From Myxococcales bacterium UBA1238 (lineage in GTDB: Bacteria; Myxococcota_A; Bradymonadia; UBA7976; UBA1532): a stretch of 64,000 nt of DNA. The stretch spans positions 62,501 to 126,500 of the forward strand of contig DBWM01000010.1 of the NCBI GenBank assembly GCA_002309015.1. Direction: 5' to 3'. A program made the translations under genes and the position numbers. Numbering within the stretch: position 1 is the first letter of the stretch; each line of letters starts with the position of its first letter. This document shows, piece by piece, positions 56,356 to 64,000 of this stretch. Under the pieces are notes generated by a model. The model was not told the DNA's origin. It saw only the letters and a list, made by a program, of their open reading frames with translations, and searched no databases.

Positions 56356-57852
56356 TTACCATTGCCATTCGATCTCGCCTACGAGTTTGGGGAGCGGTCT
56401 TTTGCCATAGGTCTCCGTGATCGCGGATCCCGGGAGCAGGATGCCCGTCTGGATGCCCGCTGTGAACTGACCTGCGGTGGAGAGGCTCCAGCTGTGGTGG
56501 ATCGAGGCCATGTACTCGGTACCATAAAAGCGGTCGGCCTTTAAGCCGAGATGGTTGCGGGGGCTGCCCCCTGCAAAGAAGGTCTCGGTGGGATCGGTGA
56601 GGGGTGTATCGGCCCAGGCGACGAGGGCAGCGAGCGTGAGCTTCCAGTTGCCGGGTCGCCAGGTGACCCCAGGGAAGAAGTAGATGGCGTTCTGCACAGC
56701 CCCGTCTGTCGGGAGTTCTTCAAGGCCTGCGGGGGGTACAGCGTTGAGGGTGGTGTCGGCCTGGCGCTCGGCACTGCGGAGGGAGATCAACCGGAGCGCA
56801 TCGGAGAAGAGGATGAAGCCTACCCGATGGTCGGGATCAAAGCGGAACTGGCGCATCTGACTGTCGTCGGGATCCCCGTCACCGGAGGCGTACCCCATCT
56901 CGATCCCCAAATGGATGCGAGGGCATCGCCAGGCGATCTCGGCACGGGCGACCCCGCCAATCCCCAAAAGGTCGACCTCCTCCGGGTGGGACGCATTGCG
57001 CCATCGATCACTGTGACCCAGCACTAAGGCCGCCTCGCCCTCAAGGTGCAAATCAGCGCCGATGGTATACAGAGGGCGGTCCCATCGGGCATAGAGATCG
57101 GTGGTCCAGCTGTCGAGGAAGTCGCCATCGCGATCCGTCTGGGTCCTGTAGGTGAATTGACCCCCAAGGCTCAGTTCTTCGCCCCGGTAGTTCACGGCCC
57201 CGTAGAGGCGCCAGGCACTGTCGTTATCGAACCAGGTGGCAAGGTCGTCCTGGTAAATATGATCGCCGCCGATGGCGATCTCCAGATCCGCCAAAGCGCC
57301 CAGGCTGTTCATGCGGAACGGACGTAAGGCCAGCTCAAAGCGCTGAAGGAGGTCGCCAGCACGGCGTCGGTTGAACCGTTCAAATAGGCGATCATCGTCC
57401 TCGGGGCGATCAAAGCCGTCGGCATCGACGAGGCCCAAACCGAACTGAGCGCCCACCTGACCCGCAGTGATCGCGATCCAATCGAAGTCGAGCTCAGCCC
57501 AGCCCAGGCGGGGTTCGACGGTGGTCCACCCGATGGTCGAGTTCTCAGGGTCACCATATCGACGTTCCACGTAGTCGGCACCGATGCTGTTGGTCTGTCC
57601 AAAGATCTGTCCGGTCAGTACGTCGATCTGGACTTCGACCTTGAGGCGGCCCGCTTCAAAAATGGGATCGATGCGCAGGCGGTGCATGCCGTAGAAGTTC
57701 TGCCCGGTTTCGGTGTCGTCGGAGTCCAGCCGAAGATCGCCTAAGGCGACGGTTTGGAGGCGGTAGCTCCCCGGGGTGACCCAGCGGACGCGGGCCTGAG
57801 CGGTTTGAAGGCTGCAAAGGGCAAGTAAAGTGATCAAAGAGGCGCGCAACAT
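56356..57852 (-). CDS. Putative outer-membrane beta-barrel protein
   Basis: The ORF track extends to 58191, but the likely start is the Met at 57852 (MLRASLITLLALCSLQTAQA, a signal peptide). The body has alternating amphipathic beta-strand character. The C-terminus ends ...GEIEWQW, an aromatic terminal residue typical of OMPs. Confidence 0.5.
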   Translation of the reverse strand: MLRASLITLLALCSLQTAQARVRWVTPGSYRLQTVALGDLRLDSDDTETGQNFYGMHRLRIDPIFEAGRLKVEVQIDVLTGQIFGQTNSIGADYVERRYGDPENSTIGWTTVEPRLGWAELDFDWIAITAGQVGAQFGLGLVDADGFDRPEDDDRLFERFNRRRAGDLLQRFELALRPFRMNSLGALADLEIAIGGDHIYQDDLATWFDNDSAWRLYGAVNYRGEELSLGGQFTYRTQTDRDGDFLDSWTTDLYARWDRPLYTIGADLHLEGEAALVLGHSDRWRNASHPEEVDLLGIGGVARAEIAWRCPRIHLGIEMGYASGDGDPDDSQMRQFRFDPDHRVGFILFSDALRLISLRSAERQADTTLNAVPPAGLEELPTDGAVQNAIYFFPGVTWRPGNWKLTLAALVAWADTPLTDPTETFFAGGSPRNHLGLKADRFYGTEYMASIHHSWSLSTAGQFTAGIQTGILLPGSAITETYGKRPLPKLVGEIEWQW

Positions 57853-58100
57853 CGTCAACTTCCAGAACGCGTGAGGCTGTGCAATATAGCAAAGCTCAGC
57901 GCGTGAGGCTTGTATTTGTTTTCGCAGATACAAAAGAATGCATCGGCTGGGTCGAAAGGGGCGTCTGGGGCGCCCGATGCGGTTTGTCGCAAGTCTTGTG
58001 CGTAAAATAAGGGCTTTTTTGGGGCAAATGGCGTTATATTGGCGCATTCTTTTCGCTGCGGACGCGGTGTCAAAAAGAAGAGAAGGCAGGAGGCTATCCC

Positions 58101-60365
58101 TTGATTTGTTTTCGTTGTGGCGCAGAAGTGGATGAGGGGCAGGCGGCATGCCCCAACTGTGGTCAGGCATTGGGGCCTTTGAAGAAGTCATTTACGGCCA
58201 CCAGCTCCCAACTGAAGGCATTGGAACGTCGACGTAAGCGGGCACAAGAGGCGTCGAGTGGGCTGGCCTATGCCGTAGGAGACGTCGTTGCAGGGCGTTA
58301 TCAGCTGCAGGATTTGTTGGGCATTGGGGCCTTTGGAGCCACGTTCCGCGCATATGATCAGGAGATCGATCAGTCTTTAGCTTTCAAGGTGGTGCACGAT
58401 CACCTGCTCCAAACGGACGAGGAACGCGACCGGTTCGTGGATGTAGCCCGCAACCTGCGGAAATTGTCGCAGCAGAACATCGTGCGTTACTACGATGCCG
58501 ACGTCCATGATGGGCATGCTTACTTTACAGAGCAGCTGCTCGATGGGTTGTCGCTCCGCAAGGTGATCGCACTCCGTCTCGATCGCGATGGCCGGTTTTC
58601 TCCGAGCGAGGTGGAGCCCATCTTCAGTCAGCTCGCACTGGCGCTTTCATATGTGCATAAAACATCGGTGCACGGATCGATCAAGCTGAACAACATCATC
58701 CTGATGCCCGATCAACTGAAGCTGACCGACTTTGCGTGGCACGAGCTGATCCCCTTCGATCGCTATGCTGAGATTCTTCGGGCTTATCGGGATGCAGGTG
58801 CGCCAGAGTTGTGGGAGGAGGACAGCTCCATCAGAGATCTGACGCCTCAGTCCGATATTTACAGTCTGGGGGTTATCCTCTACCAACTTTGCACAGGTCG
58901 ACCCTACGATGCGGATTCACCGCTGGTCAGCGACTTTTTAGGGAACGATGAATACGCTCAGGTCGGCAATCTGGACGAGATCATCCGCAGAGCAACTTCG
59001 CCGGATCCGAAGGAGCGCTACGAGAATGCGATGGAGTTCTCCGAAGCGTTGTCGATCATGGTCGACTCCGACGAACTGATGGTGGCAGAGGTTCAGGAAG
59101 AAGGTCCGTGGCCATCGGATGTCACGCGCCAGATTCAGGCCCCTGACGAGCTGCTCGATGAACCATCGGATCAGGAGGAGGGCAGTGAGGAGACGGTCGA
59201 AACGGATGGGACGCGCGTCGAAAAGGTCTATAGCCTCGATCCAGACATCACACCGTTGCCTGAGTTAGATAACATGGTGCCGGCAGAAGCGGCCTCACAG
59301 GGCGAGCTGAACGGCGATCAGGATCACGATTTGCAACAGGATGGATCGGTGGAGTTTGCGGAATCTGCCGACATCATCCCCGATGATGAGCTGCTCGAGG
59401 CACAAGGTGCGGCGAGTCAGCAAAGTCATTTGCCGCACCAACCGGGGCTCAGGGGCATTCCCATCAATCAAACGCCCGCTAATGTGAAGGTCAATCCTCG
59501 CCTCACGGGTGAACTGCCTGTCCTGAATGTGCAGAAGCCCTACGATCCCCTCGACGATATGCCCACAACCCGGCCGCAGTCGATCCCCTATGCCAGCGAT
59601 GCCTATGATCCCTGGCAGCAGGAAGACATGTCGACCAATGCGTTGCCTTCCGTCGCCGAGCGGTTAGGCGATAAGCGCCCTGAAGAGGATGAGATCCCCA
59701 CATCGGCCATGCCGGTGGTCGCTCATGATGACGATATTGTACGCTTAAGCGTACAGTCGACACGCCTTCCCGACAAACAGGGTTTGCTTGCATCGCAGCA
59801 TAACCGCCCTGCTGCTCAGGTGAGATCTCCAGAACCGCGCAGTACAGAGGAAGCGCGGCCGCAGAATATGAACGTTCGGGCCGTAGAACCTGCGCATCAA
59901 GTCACCGAGGCTATGCCCAAGGTGGTGATCCCCGCAGCCGTGCATCGGAAGAGGAAGGGCATTTTAAGCTCGAACCTGGGCTTTGCCCTCTGCATCATCC
60001 TGTCGGTGAGCGTGGTGATCGGTATCACGTTGTTCCTCTTTAGTCGTGAAAAGCAGCGCAGGAGGGAGGCCGAGATCGAGAGGCTGAATGCCGCTGCGAT
60101 CGCAGATGCACAAAAGAATCGGCCAGCAGCTGATCCGGTCAGGCCGAACGTGAATCCCCCAGATGCCGGACTCGTTCCCCTGCCAATAGCAGCGCCTGTA
60201 CCGGCAGTCCCGCCTTCGGCAGACGCATCGATCGTTGAGCCACAGCCCATCAAGGTTGAAGCTTTACCGATCCCCGCGCAGCCTAAGAACGATCCACCGT
60301 CCCAGGAGCCCGCCAAAGAGCAACCCAAGCCCGATCAGCCCGTACCTGCTGATGCGCCTAAGTGA
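58101..60365 (+). CDS. Zinc-ribbon / Ser-Thr protein kinase-like (predicted pseudokinase) membrane protein with Pro-rich tails
   Basis: 754 aa. N-terminal CxxC...CxxC (MICFRCGAEVDEGQAACPNCGQ). Kinase fold with a Gly loop LGIGAFGATF, the VAIK Lys (LAFKVV) and APE (GAPELW). The catalytic loop reads HGSIKLNN where HRDxKxxN is expected, and DFA replaces DFG. One TM helix (LGFALCIILSVSVVIGITLFLF) is followed by a Pro-rich C-terminus. Confidence 0.65.
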   Translation: MICFRCGAEVDEGQAACPNCGQALGPLKKSFTATSSQLKALERRRKRAQEASSGLAYAVGDVVAGRYQLQDLLGIGAFGATFRAYDQEIDQSLAFKVVHDHLLQTDEERDRFVDVARNLRKLSQQNIVRYYDADVHDGHAYFTEQLLDGLSLRKVIALRLDRDGRFSPSEVEPIFSQLALALSYVHKTSVHGSIKLNNIILMPDQLKLTDFAWHELIPFDRYAEILRAYRDAGAPELWEEDSSIRDLTPQSDIYSLGVILYQLCTGRPYDADSPLVSDFLGNDEYAQVGNLDEIIRRATSPDPKERYENAMEFSEALSIMVDSDELMVAEVQEEGPWPSDVTRQIQAPDELLDEPSDQEEGSEETVETDGTRVEKVYSLDPDITPLPELDNMVPAEAASQGELNGDQDHDLQQDGSVEFAESADIIPDDELLEAQGAASQQSHLPHQPGLRGIPINQTPANVKVNPRLTGELPVLNVQKPYDPLDDMPTTRPQSIPYASDAYDPWQQEDMSTNALPSVAERLGDKRPEEDEIPTSAMPVVAHDDDIVRLSVQSTRLPDKQGLLASQHNRPAAQVRSPEPRSTEEARPQNMNVRAVEPAHQVTEAMPKVVIPAAVHRKRKGILSSNLGFALCIILSVSVVIGITLFLFSREKQRRREAEIERLNAAAIADAQKNRPAADPVRPNVNPPDAGLVPLPIAAPVPAVPPSADASIVEPQPIKVEALPIPAQPKNDPPSQEPAKEQPKPDQPVPADAPK

Positions 60366-60643
60366 TCCCATTCTCCCTTCCTCTCGTATCTGATCATCGC
60401 CTCTCTCTTTAAAAAGAACGTATCTGTCGAAGTCATTCATCGATGGGAGCGGAGCTTAAGACCGTTCTCGTCGGTGCGGGTGATCGCGCAGCTGTGGTGA
60501 AGGGGACGCATCCCTCGATATAGATCTGCGATAGAGGCGAACCTTAAAGGCGTTCTTATAGAGGGAGGCTGGCGCTGTATGCGACGGAGGGAGGCAGGTG
60601 AGGGGCGGTGAATGCGCGATCTGCGCGCCTTCAATCTCCGCGA

Positions 60644-61144
60644 TCAGTTGTTATCGTCGTTGTCAGAAGCGTTCGAGGAACTGTCGTTCTTGGCAGACTT
60701 CTTCGAGCCGACCGCCATGAATTCCTTGAAGGGCTTTAACTTGATGTCGATCTCGGCGCGGCCCTGGGCCATGGCGCTCAGCACGCGGTAGTAGTTGAGG
60801 AAGCCATCCCAGGCGATGCCGTTGACCACCAGCAGCGTGTCGCTCAGGATCTTTTCGGTGGCGCGCAGGCGAGCGGTCAGATCCTGCAGCTGGGAGACCA
60901 GCGCCTGTGCCCGCTCGATTTGGTCCAGATCGTAACCTGGCAGGGCGAAGTTCATGGATCGGGCCATCGAGATCATCTTCTTCTGGATCTGCTCGCTGCC
61001 CTTGCGGGGACGCAGGGGTTCGTTGCGGTCGGTGGCCTTCAGGGGCATGGAGATGCCTTTGAGGTTGTTCTCGAGCGTTTCGAGCGCGTTCTTGTTTTGA
61101 TCGAGCTGTTCTTCACTCAAGAGGGGGATGTTGATGTCGGGCAT
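60644..61144 (-). CDS. Conserved hypothetical protein (paralog B of the 33367..33855 gene)
   Basis: 166 aa. Shares the ...PRKGSE...LPGYDLDQIE...SDTLLVVNGIAWDGFLNYYRVLSAMAQ...KPFKEFMA core with paralog A. Ser/Asp/Asn-rich C-terminus. Confidence 0.55.
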   Translation of the reverse strand: MPDINIPLLSEEQLDQNKNALETLENNLKGISMPLKATDRNEPLRPRKGSEQIQKKMISMARSMNFALPGYDLDQIERAQALVSQLQDLTARLRATEKILSDTLLVVNGIAWDGFLNYYRVLSAMAQGRAEIDIKLKPFKEFMAVGSKKSAKNDSSSNASDNDDNN

Positions 61145-61486
61145 CGGGATCGACTCCTATAGATCGATGGGTTGAGGAACAATGTCAGGATTTGCAGTAT
61201 GCCGGAAGCCCTTGATCGGAGTCTAGAGAAAAATGCACCGAACCCCAAAAAAGATCGAGCGAACCTCTGATCCCCTCCGATCGCAGGATCGATTCGGGCA
61301 GAGGGCGATGCCTGGCCCAGCGATTCGACCCTGACATTGACCGGTATGGACGGAGGACTGCGATTCGATCGAAGGGATGGAAAGGCAGAGAGGGCAGTGG
61401 GATTCGGCGAAGGCGAAGATGCGTCAGGGGCAGAGGGAATCTGTTGCATCCGGTTGGGGGCTTGCCTGGGCCAAAGGAACAGGGGA

Positions 61487-63937
61487 TCAGAACGTGCCGC
61501 TTGCAGAAAGGCCCTGCTGGTGCAGCTCGCGCTCTACGGTTGAAAGGGCGGCGATCAGGTCACGGGTGACCACTGCATTTTGAGTGGACTGCTCTGCTGC
61601 TTTGTCACCCGCTAAGGCATGCCACACAACCCCCGCCCAGGCTGCACGCTCAGCCTGAACACCTCGTGCCAGCAATGCGGCGATGATCCCCGCTAAAACG
61701 TCTCCCATACCCGCTGTAGCCATACCTGGATTCCCAAAGGGACAAACCCGGATCCCGCTTGGTCCGCAAATCAGGGTGTTTGCGCCCTTCAGCACCACGA
61801 CTGCATTGGTGGTTTGGTACAGCTTATAGGCCGCAAGGGTTCGATGGGTTTGAATGTCGGAAGGGGAGCAACCGAGAAGTCGGGCCGCTTCACCGGGGTG
61901 AGGAGTCAGCACGCGCGGACCTCCCCGGCCCAAAAGCCCAAGCACCGCATAGCCTTCATCGGGGATCCGTTCGGCTACAGCGTTCAATGCCTCAGCATCG
62001 ATGACCGCAGGTGCCAGAATATTGGGCAGAATGGCGCGCAACAGAGGAGCATAACGGTGGTCGAACCCGGGGCCAATGGCCAGTGCTGTGAACTGATTGA
62101 GATGCCGAATGAGCAGATTCTTGTCGGTGGCCTCGTTTAAGATGGGCTCACTCATCAACTCATAGAGCTGAGCCGATAAAGGTCCAAAGGCCTCAAAAGT
62201 GGTCCCTAAGGTCGCAAGGCCCGCACCTGCTTTGAGCGCTGCATGGCCACAGAGCCTGATGCAACCGGTGCGCCCCTGCGATCCGCCCAGCACATAGACG
62301 TGACCCTGGCTGCCTTTATGGGCGTTCATGTTGCGATCCTTAAACGCGATCAACGCGTCCTCTTCGGTCAGGATGCGCCTCGATTGCCAGAGGGGCAGCA
62401 GATCACAGTTGATGGCCCTGGGGGGATCGGACGGGAGGAGCTGATGCTCTTCCTGATCAATGGGATAAGAGAAGGCGTCGATCGCGCTGGCGCTTACGTT
62501 CATCTGGATGATCGGGTGCGGATCCTCCGACTTGGGCTCCGGCTTTTTGGGCTCCTCGGCCGGTTGGGAGCGCGCTTTCTCCAGGAACTCCTTGCTGGTG
62601 GGGCCCATCTTATCGAACCGGTTCGGCAGGGATCGCTTCCTCATCTGGCGCGATCGGGGCATCCGCTTCTTCGGCTTTTTGCCGGTATCCTGCGCCGCCT
62701 TCGCATGGGCTTCTTCAATGGCTAGAAGCAAGGGGAGCTCTTCACCGTCTGCCTGGTCGCCAGAAGCGTCCTCATGATCCGCTTTTTCGGATTCTTTGGA
62801 CGCATCGCCTGAGGCGTCCTGCGCTTTCATCTGGGATTCAGATGCAGCCGCATCGGCCTCATTCGTCGCCTGGCTCGGAGACAAAGCGCCCTCTTCCTGA
62901 ACCTGAGATCCGGCGTCATCGCCCTTCATCTGCGCATCGTTTGCCTCTTTTTGACCCTCGCTTTGCAGATCTGCCTGCCCATCGGTGACATCTCTGACCG
63001 GCATGGGCGCCAGGCTAAACAGATTGAACTGCCGATCATCATCGAAGAGATCGACGGACTCCTCCGGCTTGACTGGCGCCTTATGCGCCTTGGAGGGGGT
63101 TTTCGCTGCAGGCTTTTCGGCCACGGTCTTCGCAGGGGCGGCCTTAGGCTTCGCAGGGGCCGTCTTGGGCTTCGCAGGGGCCGTCTTGGGCTTCGCGGGT
63201 GTGGTCTTAGGCTTTGCGGTCTTCTCGGCGATGGGCTTCGCGGGTGCGGTCCTGGGCTTCGCGGGTGCGGTCCTGGGCTTCGCGGGCGCGGTCCTGGGCT
63301 TCGCAGTCTTCGGTGAAATGGGTTCCGGTTTGGGCTCCGGCTCTGCGATTGGAGGCTCCGGCCTGGCCACAGCTTCGACGGAGGGCTCCGTTACCTGCGC
63401 CAAAAGGGGATCGGAAGCAGGCGCATCGGATTCGCTCTCATCGACCTGGGGGAACGCCTGAACCGCCATGCTGTTCTCTGTGGTAAAGAAGTTCCAGACG
63501 GGCTTCGTAGGTTCCTTCTTCGGCTTCGCGGGCGCAGGCTCCGGTTGAACGGTCTCCCGCTTCGGATGCGCCGTCTTTCGCCTGGGCTCTGAGGTCGGTT
63601 TCACCTTGATCTCAGGGGCAGGCTCAGCCGCTTTTTGGGCAGGGGCAGGTTCCTTTGAAGGGACCTTCTCTTCGATCGATTCGGACTGCTTCTGCGCTTT
63701 GGGGGCAGGCTCAGCCGCTTTGGGGGCAGGGGCTGGCGCAGGCTTCGCAGATTTCTTTTGCTTTGAACGTTTCGGCCTGGCCTCGGTATCGGCCTCTTTT
63801 GCCGTTGCAGCGGTGTCTTTTGCCGTTGCAACGGTGCCTTTGGCTGTTTCAGCTGTGCCTTTGGCCGTTTCGGCGGTTTCAGTGGTCGAAGGCTTGGGCT
63901 CTGCAAACAGATCGATTTGAGGTTCCGGTTCGCTCAT
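61487..63937 (-). CDS. nnrD: ADP-dependent NAD(P)H-hydrate dehydratase (YjeF C-terminal/Nnr domain) fused to a long disordered Lys/Pro/Ala-rich N-terminal region with AKP(K/R)TAP repeats
   Basis: 816 aa. C-terminal ~300 aa: HKGSQGHVYVLGGSQGRTGCIRLCGHAALKAGAG...AIGPGFD...VVVLKGANTLICGPSG...GNPGMATAGMGDVLAGIIAAL (YjeF_C). N-terminal region: PAKPRTAPAKPRTAPAKPRTAPAKP...AKPKTAPAKPKTAPAKPKAAPAK, encoded by a 21-nt tandem repeat at ~63100..63320. Confidence 0.7.
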   Translation of the reverse strand: MSEPEPQIDLFAEPKPSTTETAETAKGTAETAKGTVATAKDTAATAKEADTEARPKRSKQKKSAKPAPAPAPKAAEPAPKAQKQSESIEEKVPSKEPAPAQKAAEPAPEIKVKPTSEPRRKTAHPKRETVQPEPAPAKPKKEPTKPVWNFFTTENSMAVQAFPQVDESESDAPASDPLLAQVTEPSVEAVARPEPPIAEPEPKPEPISPKTAKPRTAPAKPRTAPAKPRTAPAKPIAEKTAKPKTTPAKPKTAPAKPKTAPAKPKAAPAKTVAEKPAAKTPSKAHKAPVKPEESVDLFDDDRQFNLFSLAPMPVRDVTDGQADLQSEGQKEANDAQMKGDDAGSQVQEEGALSPSQATNEADAAASESQMKAQDASGDASKESEKADHEDASGDQADGEELPLLLAIEEAHAKAAQDTGKKPKKRMPRSRQMRKRSLPNRFDKMGPTSKEFLEKARSQPAEEPKKPEPKSEDPHPIIQMNVSASAIDAFSYPIDQEEHQLLPSDPPRAINCDLLPLWQSRRILTEEDALIAFKDRNMNAHKGSQGHVYVLGGSQGRTGCIRLCGHAALKAGAGLATLGTTFEAFGPLSAQLYELMSEPILNEATDKNLLIRHLNQFTALAIGPGFDHRYAPLLRAILPNILAPAVIDAEALNAVAERIPDEGYAVLGLLGRGGPRVLTPHPGEAARLLGCSPSDIQTHRTLAAYKLYQTTNAVVVLKGANTLICGPSGIRVCPFGNPGMATAGMGDVLAGIIAALLARGVQAERAAWAGVVWHALAGDKAAEQSTQNAVVTRDLIAALSTVERELHQQGLSASGTF

Positions 63938-64000
63938 TGGGGATTCCGGAGGCAGCAGTGCGAATTCAAGATTCGCCTGATCGGGCTCATTTGACGCAGG

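Noticed and set aside
57853-58191. N-terminal 113-codon extension of the OMP ORF
   Set aside because: The extension is Pro/Arg-rich and non-protein-like. It precedes a canonical signal peptide that starts at the internal Met (57852), and it would overlap the kinase-gene promoter region.

Overview
High-GC (~58-62%) chromosomal segment, probably from a Myxococcota-type deltaproteobacterium. The taxonomic guess rests on MYXO-CTERM-like C-terminal tails, the Myxococcales-type CGDG..CDDGN..DGC cysteine-rich repeat and thrombospondin-type-3/PKD giant proteins. Core genes are a recC-pdxK-hyp-recB-recD (RecBCD) cluster, an H+-pyrophosphatase, aspS, rsmD, an rluD-like pseudouridine synthase, an NSS transporter and a YjeF-C NAD(P)HX dehydratase. 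The accessory content is rich. (1) A phased array of a perfect 14-16 bp palindrome (TTCAAATCGATTTGAA-like, ~43 bp periodicity) lies inside the RecBCD cluster. It sits upstream of an acidic-tailed hypothetical gene, and one more copy precedes recB. (2) A 2158-aa TSP3/PKD adhesin-like protein of lower GC, and a strongly AT-rich orphan SMI1/KNR4 (SUKH-1) immunity-type gene. (3) A 1758-aa lipoprotein made of Myxo Cys-rich repeats alternating with PPC-like domains. (4) A tandem family of three lipoprotein trypsin-like S1 proteases plus a protease-less paralog. All four carry a recurring ~40-aa 6-Cys module and MYXO-CTERM-like tails. (5) A ParA/MinD-like ATPase with Walker-A Lys->Arg, translationally coupled to a J-domain-like (HPD->FDP)/HTH protein. 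(6) A zinc-ribbon Ser/Thr pseudokinase (HRD->HGS, DFG->DFA). (7) Two paralogous ~165-aa unknown proteins 27 kb apart. (8) Three distinct tandem-repeat blocks in convergent intergenic regions, one with hairpin covariation. All calls come from reading the sequence and ORF translations only; no database searches were run.
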